DNA of 63,973 nucleotides, the filler included, from Octopus bimaculoides (Eukaryota), in assembly GCF_001194135.2 (NCBI RefSeq). It is 7 parts of 6 records of this genome, joined end to end, with 100 filler letters (N's around TTAATTAATTAA, not from the genome) between each part and the next. Parts side by side here need not be neighbours in the genome. Positions count along the whole stretch, not along the records: positions 34,823 to 56,010 come from NC_068999.1; positions 56,111 to 57,712 come from NC_068989.1; positions 57,813 to 61,534 come from NW_026301122.1; positions 61,635 to 63,973 come from NW_026417382.1; 3 more parts are not named here. One strand, given 5' to 3'. The notes under the pieces were generated by a model. That model had not been told where the DNA came from, ran no database searches, and was given only the letters and a program-made list of their open reading frames with translations. Made by a program: the position numbers and the translations under genes. Position 1 is the stretch's first letter. The number at the start of each line of letters is the position of its first letter. This document shows, in pieces, positions 53,661 to 63,973 of this stretch.

Positions 53661-54010
53661 ACCATCTAGAGTAACGTCAATCATATTGACGCTTAAGTTG
53701 AATCAATATCGTTATCTCCCGCTGGGAGGAACATTTCAATGTGACTCCACGCTCTATTACTAACTCTCAAATAGAAATACGTTAATTTACTCACTGATTC
53801 TGTGTGCGTATGTGTCTGGTTGTGTGTGTGTGTGTGTGTGTGTGTGTCTGTCGGTCTGTCTGTCTGTCTGATTGCCTGTGTCTGTGTATCTATGTATCTA
53901 TGTCATTGTGTTTGTGTATACATATATAAATTACATACATCCATACAGACCCAGAGACATATATACTTACACACACACACATACACACACATACACACAC
54001 ACACACACAC

Positions 54011-54074
<64 letters not shown>

Positions 54075-54087
54075 TCATTCTCCCCCC

Positions 54088-54121
<34 letters not shown>

Positions 54122-55515
54122 CTGATATATATGCACAGGCTTACATAGATTAACGCACACATATGAATGTATGCGTATATGTACACTTGCATACACGCAT
54201 ACACACGCGTGTAACCTTACGAGTACTTAAATGTGTTTGTTTTTATATGTTTCTGGTATATATGTGATATAAACAAGATATAATATTTTGTTTTTGAATT
54301 TTATAAAATTCTTCGATATTTGTTTTTACCTTAAAATGAACTGTCATGATAAAGTTGTCTTTATTTCCTCTCTTTGTCATCAGAATAAATGAGAATTTTA
54401 AATTTTACTTATTTATATCATCGCTTGCTACTATGCAGAATCTCGCTTTTTTAGTCTTCCTCTTCCTCACCCTAATACACCCACTTCTTCATTTCTCTCT
54501 CAGTCTCCTCCTTTTTTTCTTTCTCTCTCCACCTCTATCAGTCTCTCTTACATTCCGTCAAATTTACAACCCACACAAAATCAAGGATTTCGATCGAGAG
54601 AGAAATAACTGATGTTTTCTTGTTTGTATGTGTATATATACATCTTTGTGTGTGTGTGTGTGTGTGTGATTTTGCAAGAATTACTTCATACATTCACAAG
54701 AGAGATTTCTTAACAATTATTAACTATTAGAAAAATAATTTAAACAGAACGAGACGAACCTTTTAAGAAGGAAGTTTTCACATTTTATGTGTTTGCGCTT
54801 TCATTGTTCAAGTTTTTAAACACACATGTTATGAGGTGTTCGTATAAGGGAAACTCTGTTTTTGCAGTGGTGCTAAATAATTTCGGTTTAGACTTGGATT
54901 TAGTATTCTTACAATGTACTTTCGTGTTGCCTTTCATAGCTCATCATTCTCTTTACTTAAAAAAAAAAATTAGAATTTTCAATTTGCACAAATGTTAACT
55001 AAACTAAGCGTCTTCGTAAGATGATACCTTAATTTGTTATTCATGTCCTCTCACCTGTGTATTAACTTTAATCCTCTTTGGCAAATGTAGTTCTCTTGCA
55101 TTGAGGGCAGGTGATGCAGTCAATGCATCGTTTTCATTTTTGAACTTCACTTTCTTGGCAGTATTACTTCCAAATGACAGGCAAAGGTTCACCTTTGTGT
55201 CTTATCATTGGAAATGCTTTGAAATGTGTTGTTTAACCAAACAAAAATAGGACACTATCGACATTGGCCATTAGAAGCTATTCTATAGGTAATCTTTATC
55301 GTTTCCCTATATTTGTGTCAGACATTGGACGGCATCCATGCTGGAGCAACCTCGTGAAAGGCGTAGCCGAATGAATCGACCGCAGTACTTTCAGAAAATC
55401 GTGTCCAATACGGTCGAAGGCAACGCAGAAACAATGACTGACACCGCGTTAATTTGTCACGGCTCACGGGATAGTGAGAAGAGTGTAACAAAGAAAGACA
55501 GATAGGGAGAGAGAA

Positions 55516-55562
<47 letters not shown>

Positions 55563-55714
55563 CACGTATGTGCATATAAATTATACCACTATCTATAACT
55601 ATTTTGTCTCTGTATCTCACTCTCTGTACATAAATATAGATATGTGCATGCCTATAAAGATATGAAGGTAACATAAAATGAAAAGATGGATAAACAGGAA
55701 GACGTTGTGTCAGA

Positions 55715-56010
55715 ATGTTGTTGGCACTCCATCGCTTACGACGTTGAGGGTTCCAGTTGATCCGATCAACGGAACAGTCTGCTCGTGAAATTAACGTGCA
55801 AGTGGCTGAGCACTCCACAGACACGTGTACCCTTAACGTAGTTCTCGGGGATATTCAGCGTGACACAGTGTGACAAAGATGACCCTTTGAATTACAGGCA
55901 CAACAGAAACAGGAAGTAAGACTGAGAGAAAGTTGTGGTGAAAGAGTACAGCAGGGTTCGCCACCATCCCCTGCCGGAGCCTCGTGGAGCCTTAGGTGTT
56001 TTCGCTCAGT
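55715..56010 (-). mobile_element. Second copy of the young SINE-like element at 20784-21088
   Basis: Reverse complement is ~96% identical (manual count). Confidence 0.8.
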
Positions 56011-56110
56011 NNNNNNNNNNNNNNNNNNNNNNNNNNNNNNNNNNNNNNNNNNNNTTAATTAATTAANNNNNNNNNNNNNNNNNNNNNNNNNNNNNNNNNN
56101 NNNNNNNNNN
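56011..56110. other. Artificial scaffold spacer
   Basis: N44-TTAATTAATTAA-N44. Confidence 0.95.
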
Positions 56111-56120
56111 TATATATGCA

Positions 56121-56158
<38 letters not shown>

Positions 56159-57205
56159 CATATATATATTTATACATACATATACACATACACGCAAACA
56201 TACTCTCTCTCTCACATACACACACACTCACTCACACACACACACACACAGACACGCACTCACTCACTCACACACACAAACACAAACACGCGCGCACGCG
56301 CACACACATATACATAAAGGAAGTGCGTGTGAGAGTGGACATAAGAGTGAGAGAAAATGATAACATGTTTGTACAACCATGTACACAGCTACCTACAACT
56401 CACAGACACCGAGAGAATCGTAGCAGATCGAATCTATACAGTGTTTATGGACCGTCTTCTCGTATATTGTGTTCACAAACGGACTTCTCGAATCAGAAGG
56501 AAACGTGTGTATCAATAAAATTTGAATATCTATAAACTGATAGGCTTTTAATAGCCATGGTATTAATAGGGACCAATCTAAAATACACAGTAACATTGTT
56601 TAGTAGGAGACAGTTTGACGTTTGTAATTTTTACCTCGCTAATTTTCTTTCTCTCAGTTTCTTTTTTGTCAATTTGCATTCATTTTTGAGTCACGGCGGC
56701 TATGGCCATGCAGGAGTCTCACTTTTATTGGTCATGCTTGCTAATTCAAATCTGCACGAACTTCAATAGTAGCAAGTGTGGTAGAGTGATTGATAGAGGT
56801 CAGCCTGCTGGAAATAGCAGCAAAACATTCATAAATCAAACTCTACATTCTTTGAAAACAGCCATACAGGATAATATGTGTGTGATTGTATATATATTGG
56901 GTCATCCCATAAACAATGCGGTTTTTTTATTTCTTTTATTTTTGAAAATAAATGAAGTTGTTTTTTCATCGAAAATATTGTTTCCTTCATATTTTACAAT
57001 GCTATTCTATCTATCTGGTAGACTTGCAAGACCCGTCTTCCAAAATTCACTTGTCTGTGACGAAAAATATTCCATATATAACAGTATATATATATATATA
57101 TGTGTGTGTGTGTGCTTGTGCATGTGTGTGTGAGTGTTTGTGTGTGCGTATATATATATATGTAAATACACACATATATATTTACATATATACATATAAA
57201 TTTGC

Positions 57206-57252
<47 letters not shown>

Positions 57253-57254
<2 letters not shown>

Positions 57255-57712
57255 GTGGTTGGTCAAAATAATGGAAACGCCTTAAAATTTCAAACAAATA
57301 ATTACAGCTTGAATTCTGTGAGGCATGGACTCGTACAAAGTTTGAATTTCAAAGGAATTTTGTCCATTCTTTAGTTAAAACAGTTTCTAGTTCTTGTAGT
57401 AATGATGGTGGAGATATCGAATCCTTACTTGCTTTTCTAAATAGCACCATAAATGTTCATTAATATTGAGATCTGAGGACTGTGGTAGCCAGATAAGATG
57501 TTCAACTTCACTAGAATCTTCCTCGTGTAACAACTTTAACTGTGTGAATTGGTGCATTATCATCCTGAAAGATTGCGTTACCCTCCGGAAACAGTTCACC
57601 AACCATAGAATGTATTTGATCAGATAAAATACTTAAATAGCCTTAACTATTAATTCTGTCATGAAGGGAAACCATTGGGCCGGCGGATTTCCAAGATATA
57701 GCCCCCCCCCCC
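57253..57712 (-). mobile_element. Tc1-like transposon, 3' half
   Basis: Translates GAISWKSAGPMVSL, ELFPEGNAIFQDDNAPIH, WLPQSSDLNINEHLW and LYESMPHRIQAVI. TIR-like TAGTGGTTGGTCAAAATAATGGAAAC lies beside (TA)n. Cut by the scaffold end. Confidence 0.85.
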
Positions 57713-57812
57713 NNNNNNNNNNNNNNNNNNNNNNNNNNNNNNNNNNNNNNNNNNNNTTAATTAATTAANNNNNNNNNNNNNNNNNNNNNNNNNNNNNNNN
57801 NNNNNNNNNNNN
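57713..57812. other. Artificial scaffold spacer
   Basis: N44-TTAATTAATTAA-N44. Confidence 0.95.
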
Positions 57813-58129
57813 TGGCTGTGGTCATGCTGGAGCATCACCGTGACTTTCCGTCTTTATGCTGTACTCTCTTCATGTTCCTTGCATGGTTCTTCTCCTCCAC
57901 CTGATATAGTCGAATCAAGAGTTTGATCGGCTCTATGCATGTTGATATTTCTGGGACCATTAACCGTGGACGATCCCAACCAGCCCCATCAAGCAAGAGC
58001 ATGAAGGAAGCAAAAATCTCTGCCACGAAATAGCCATTGGTTCGTCTGGTATCGTGGAGAGGAAAGTGTCTATATGTATGAACTGTATTTTATACTCTTT
58101 GACTTTTTTGAGTCACTTCACTACGCCCT

Positions 58130-58456
58130 TGTTAGAGCACCGCCTTTTGTCGAGCAAATCGACCACAGGACTTATTCTTTGTAAGCTTAATACTTATTCT
58201 ATCGGCCGCTTCTGCCAAGCCCCTAAGTCACGCTGACGTAAACACACCACCATCGGTTGTCAAGCTATGCTGGGGGATAAACACAGGCCCACAAACGTAT
58301 ATACATATATATGACGGGTTTCTTTCAGTTTTCGTCTACCAAAACCACTCACAAGGCGTTGGTCAGCCCAAGGCTACGATAGAAGCCATTTGCCCAAGCT
58401 GTCACGCAGTAGGACTGAACTTGGAACCATGTAGTTGCTAAGCAAGCTACTTACCT
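58130..58456 (-). mobile_element. Bipartite tRNA-derived SINE of the family at 15984-16382
   Basis: Both the head (GGACTGAACTTGGAACCATG) and the 3' half (AAATCGACCACAGGACTTATTCTTTGTAAG) align by eye. Confidence 0.75.
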
Positions 58457-58485
58457 TATGTATATATAAGTCGCTTACCATATGT

Positions 58486-58537
<52 letters not shown>

Positions 58538-58838
58538 NNNNNNNNNNNNNNNNNNNNNNNNNNNNNNNNNNNNNNNNNNNNNNNNNNNNNNNNNNNNNNN
58601 NNNNNNNNNNNNNNNNNNNNNNNNNNNNNNNNNNNNNNNNNNNNNNNNNNNNNNNNNNNNNNNNNNNNNNNNNNNNNNNNNNNNNNNNNNNNNNNNNNNN
58701 NNNNNNNNNNNNNNNNNNNNNNNNNNNNNNNNNNNNNNNNNNNNNNNNNNNNNNNNNNNNNNNNNNNNNNNNNNNNNNNNNNNNNNNNNNNNNNNNNNNN
58801 NNNNNNNNNNNNNNNNNNNNNNNNNNNNNNNNNNNNNN

Positions 58839-58898
<60 letters not shown>

Positions 58899-58956
58899 TA
58901 TGCATGTATATATATGTATATATGTATATGTGCATATGTATATATATATGTATATA

Positions 58957-59162
58957 CTTGGTGTACATAAATTATCTTTAGAACTTCCAAAATTTTATTC
59001 TATTTTATTGTGTGGAAGTCTTAACTGCAACCAATGGAGACCTTGTGGAAATGTTCTGGTATCTTTAACAAGATTTTCTTCGAAAAACTTTACTGAGTTA
59101 TCCTTGTATTTTCATTTTATTGTTAGATTTTCAAAGTGTAAACGTAATTTATATTCACCCTG
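58957..59162. mobile_element. Candidate Tc1/mariner-type MITE (~206 bp)
   Basis: TA-CTTGGTGTACATAAATTA at the left versus TA-CAGGGTGAATATAAATTA (reverse complement of the right end), 14/18 by eye. Confidence 0.45.
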
Positions 59163-60119
59163 TATGTAAACACACGGACGTATATATATTGTGTACATAA
59201 ATACATACCATAACATGTTCACATGTTTATATATACACAGATATACACACCACATACAAAATTTAGTCATTATAAATGTCCAACTCAGATTCTCTTGGCG
59301 CTTATTAATTATAAATGTCAACATTTGAACAATTTCTCACTCTCTAGCGGTTGCCATTTTCTTGTAGGTATGTTCAGTCATGCAGCATGCTCATTTAGAT
59401 TGCAAAACTATAACCACTTTGTGACTGCCGCATTTAACTGTATTACTTCTTGATAAACCGACGTTACTATTTGAACTCTCGAAGCATGATATTGCTTCCA
59501 TCTGATCTTTACAGTTGCTTGAAGAAAGCACGAACAAACGACGTCATATGCTGTTTGTTGGGAAAGGAGTATTGCATGGGATCTTTTCAACGAGGCAATA
59601 AAAACGTTACCAACAGTGTATAGTCACATTTTAGACAGCGGGTTGATTTCAGCGTTGGGTGTATATTTAGGTGAGTGAGTGTATGTGTGTGTACACGTAT
59701 GCATTCATTCTCATACCTACATATAACTACCTATGTACTTGGTATATATTTATACCTTAGTATGTAGCTTTATATTATATCATAGTATATTATTCATATA
59801 TGTACAAACACATACATATGAACCTGTATAAACCACAAACACATATTATATTCAGGTAAATATTTGTGTTATTTATATATATATATTTAAACACATATAT
59901 GCGTATATATGCATATATGTATATGTAAACATGCTTGTTGGCATGATATAGATGTCTGTTTATAGAGGAGGATACGTATATATGTATGTGTGTATTTTCA
60001 AATATGCAAAATACATATGTACAGATATAGGTATATATGTGTGTGTGTGTGTGTGTTTATGTGTGTATATTTGAAACACATACACACATATATATATACG
60101 CACACAGACCCATATATAT

Positions 60120-60349
60120 AACGTCCGCTTTCCATGCTAGCATGGGTTGGACGATTTGACTGAGGACTGGTGAACCAGATGGCTACACCAGGCTCCAATC
60201 TGATTTGGCAGAGTTTCTACAGCTGGATGCCCTTCCTAACGCCAACAACTCCGAGAGTGTAGTGGCTGCTCGGAGTGGTTGGCGTTAGGAAGGGCATCCA
60301 GCTGTAGAAAATCTGCCAACTCAGATTGGAGCCTGGTGTAGCCATCTGG

Positions 60350-60353
<4 letters not shown>
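60120..60353. mobile_element. SINE-like repeat segment folded back on itself (85-bp arms)
   Basis: 60171-60255 versus 60269-60353: 82/85 complementary (manual count), with a 13-nt loop. Confidence 0.85.
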
Positions 60354-60421
<68 letters not shown>

Positions 60422-60836
60422 TAATTATACTGTACATTTAGTCATTGAGCATTCTGCATTTTTAATGACAATACAAGTTATAAAATTAGAAAGGAACTCT
60501 CCGAATTCTTTCTGAAAAAGCATACAAAGTTCATGTAGTAAAGTTGTGAATTTGTACCCTGAATCCCAAAAATAATAAATCCATTTTTCGTTTACATTAT
60601 GATTTCGCTATCATTCATTTATGCTTGTTTTCCTCTTTAGAAGAAAATATTGTATCAAAAATATGATCAACTGTTATGCTTTGTTTCATTTTATCCTACT
60701 AAGTATTCAATATTTATTTGCCTCAAACACGTGTTTGATTCTATGTCAAATGCAGTACATGTTTGAAACGCAATTTTGACCAATTTTATGTCATTGACAA
60801 CTGACGCCATTTTTCACTGTATACATAGACAGACAG

Positions 60837-60897
<61 letters not shown>

Positions 60898-61025
60898 NNN
60901 NNNNNNNNNNNNNNNNNNNNNNNNNNNNNNNNNNNNNNNNNNNNNNNNNNNNNNNNNNNNNNNNNNNNNNNNNNNNNNNNNNNNNNNNNNNNNNNNNNNN
61001 NNNNNNNNNNNNNNNNNNNNNNNNN

Positions 61026-61064
<39 letters not shown>

Positions 61065-61393
61065 AAAACTGAGGTATATATACATACATACATATGTATA
61101 TATTTGCGTACATACATATAAAAACATACTCATAATATACATATATACAAATACACACACACACACACGCACACACACACACAGACACACACACACACAA
61201 ACACAAACACATACACACACACACACACATACACGCAAACTTAAAAAATAGATATAGATATATTCAAATATTTTACATATTGTTGACCATGAGATTGGGA
61301 ACAAAGATTCGTACCACACACTCGCTCCTGCGCATATATACACACATATATATATATGTGTGCGTCTGTGTGTGTGTGTGTATGAGAATATAT

Positions 61394-61431
<38 letters not shown>

Positions 61432-61534
61432 TATGTATATATATATGAATATATGAAAATATATATGTTTGTATATGTATATGGATATATATATATGAAT
61501 GTATATATATATATGTATATATGAATATATATAT

Positions 61535-61634
61535 NNNNNNNNNNNNNNNNNNNNNNNNNNNNNNNNNNNNNNNNNNNNTTAATTAATTAANNNNNNNNNN
61601 NNNNNNNNNNNNNNNNNNNNNNNNNNNNNNNNNN
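61535..61634. other. Artificial scaffold spacer
   Basis: N44-TTAATTAATTAA-N44. Confidence 0.95.
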
Positions 61635-63370
61635 TATTTTCCTTTTATGGCAAAATATGCACCTAATTCAATAAGATTATGAAGGATACTCTGATTACTA
61701 TGCATAAAATACAAAATTTTTTTTTTGTAGATTAGGTAGGCATAATTTGCCTCTGCCTTTCAATCTCAGTATTTAAGTTACACATAGAACTGCTGTAGTA
61801 CATTCCTACAACAATGTTTTCTTTATGCTCTATAAAAGCATAAGTAAATCTGCCTACAACTCAGTCGAATGCCTATGTTTCACATTTTTTTTATGTGTCT
61901 TACTACATAAACGTCACCAACTGCCTACCCTGAGTAATTACTGATGACACATGCCTGATATATATATAATATATACACAGACACACATACACCTACATAC
62001 AGATACAGACACTAAAACCTATCTGCATTCACATATCTATTAGTTAAAAGACAGAATCTAAGTACATTAGAATGATGTAGCCGTCTTCTTAGTTACTGAA
62101 TGCTCCACACAACATAGAAAATAAGTTTCTTATCAATACTATCAAATTAATATTGCATGTAGTGGAAATATGATGAAGAAAGAAGCTTACCTGTTGTAAA
62201 GATGTGTTTTTGTAGTAGTCATTTATTATCCCCTTTCAGGAATAAATGAATATAAAAAAGCCACTAATTTCAAATGAAGATATTGGTTAAGACAATAAAT
62301 GGATTACCTAAACTAGCTAACAACTGACTCTACACATCAGCACTTACAAAGAAAAATGTACAGAAACACAGGAACTATAGTCTTTATGAAACTAAAAAGA
62401 GGTCAGCATAGTATGTGGAATTCCCTAAACATTAACTGCTAATTTAGCAGGAACATGGCTGGAATACAAACACAATTAACTTAGTCTTCTGGTTTTCCAA
62501 ACATCTTCCAATTTGTATCTTATCAGAAAAATTATTAATTATCTAATATCCACTGAGTCATGTCTATATTCTTGGGAACTCAGGATCCCTCCTCCTCTGC
62601 TTCAAGTGTTTGTTGCCATCTTCATCCAAACAGGCATTTTTGTTTCTCGACATTGGTTAATCTGTTCTTGTAGTTAACATATCACTAATTCGGCAATCAC
62701 ATCTAACTTTGAGCATGCGTAATAACATTTCAACTGAGATTCCTGATTTCCAGCCAAGCCCCAAACAATTTGCTGGCCCCTTTTTATTCCATGAACTATA
62801 GTTTACAATAACCATGTAAAATACGATGAATATTTACTAATATAAGTAGCGCAACATTAACTACCAACTATTCATATTGAGATTACCACATGTCTCCACC
62901 CCAAACACTACATTAATCTGTTAAGAGACTGTAGCCTATAAACCTGGAGGAAATATAGGCTTTAACAAGAAACTAACGGAAAGATATCTTGACATGTTTA
63001 GGTCAATTATGGCCCAGGCTATGTTGTACTTACTTGTACTACCACAGTACAATCATTAAAGTATATTTTTATGCTTTCTGAAGACTAGGGAGATGTCTAC
63101 CATATTGTTAGTAGTTTGGAATTCAACGCAACACACAAACCAGATATATGCACACACACACACACACATTCTGTTTTAAAATAACTCACGATTAGCAACA
63201 AGAGGACATTTGAAGAGAGGTTAGCTTAAGGTTCAAGAAAATCTGTCCCCTTTGGCAGTTGTAGACCTCACTTTCAGCAAAGGTGTCAACATCTGTTACC
63301 AAGAAGTAAGATAATTTAACTAATGACATCTTTGAATCAAAGCAGTGGGAAAGATGACATGAAAACCAAC

Positions 63371-63863
63371 CTCTTCGACTTTACATCTTTATCATCTTTC
63401 TTTTCATCAGCCTTCTTCTCAGTTTGCCCTCCTTCTGTTTTACCTTTAGCCCTTTCTTCAACTTTGCTTCCATCTGTTTTCTTCGCTTCAGTTTTGCCAC
63501 TCACTTTGTCCTTTGATGCATTGTCCGTTTTCGCTTTATTATTTGTCTTTGATGACACAATATCAGCATCTAAATCATTCTGCGTATCATCAACATGCAG
63601 AATCAATGATTCGTTTTCTTCACTCTTTCGAGCGATCGATGTGTCCATGTTGATTGTGTCTTCTAATGTTAATGGAGCTAAGCAAGGAACACTGGTGGGG
63701 GTTGGAGGTAAACTGTCTGAGAGAGATGCAAAGACCACTTCATCTTTAAGTTCATTAGAATTTAGTGGTAGAGTGGCAATTCTCACACGGGCTGATGAAG
63801 ACTTTTCGCTATTTTCTTCTTTTATATTATTCTCTGTTGATGAAGACGACTGTTCTGGCGGTG
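63371..63863 (-). CDS. Internal coding exon of an unidentified host gene (Ser/acidic, then Lys/Asp/Glu-rich, likely disordered)
   Basis: Acceptor TAACTTTCTGTAG| and donor AAGAG|GTTGGT bound 493 nt open in phase 1 to phase 2. Translation: (A)PPEQSSSSTENNIKEENSEK...EDTINMDTS...ENESLILHVDDTQNDLDADIVSSK...EKKDDKDVKSK. The sequence is non-repetitive with coding-like composition. Confidence 0.7.
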
Positions 63864-63973
63864 CTACAGAAAGTTAATTTAGAATGAAATAGTTGAAATA
63901 AAGAATGCAAATAAGAAAACATTACTAATAAAAGCTTTTAGTCTAGTAATCCTACAGGATCAACAGGCTATAA

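Noticed and set aside
52992-53763. Met-rich, Ile-rich and His/Ser-rich ORFs of 115-230 aa
   Set aside because: They are alternate frames of one degenerate (GAT)n tract.
59515-59670. Acceptor/donor-bounded segment (TTTACAG...TAG|GTGAGT)
   Set aside because: All three frames contain stops; at most a non-coding exon, and unsupported.
63323-63877. 184-aa plus-strand ORF
   Set aside because: It is the antisense shadow of the minus-strand exon, which has the splice signals.

Overview
AT-rich, microsatellite-saturated eukaryotic DNA with many N gaps. The repeat families and (TA)n/(CA)n/(TACA)n density resemble an octopod cephalopod (Octopus-like); this is inferred from recall, not from a search. 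Six identical 100-nt spacers (44 N + TTAATTAATTAA + 44 N) split the window into seven separately assembled pieces, so adjacency across them is not evidence of linkage. No complete host gene is present. The only convincing host coding sequence is one ~493-nt minus-strand exon at 63371-63863 (acidic/Lys-rich, unassigned). The rest is mostly transposon debris: two Penelope-like (GIY-YIG) insertions with inverted terminal duplications, three R4/Dong-like endonuclease fragments, RTE LINE 3' ends, a near full-length DD37D (maT) element, mariner and Tc1 remnants, an apparently complete non-autonomous Helitron, and many SINEs. The most interesting signals are: (1) a Penelope terminal repeat combining a tRNA-like Pol III head, an (AAT)n tract and a minimal hammerhead ribozyme motif; (2) further hammerhead-like modules, one with a core variant; (3) two long near-perfect foldback hairpins. 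Almost all ORFs in the supplied track are artefacts of microsatellites and N runs.
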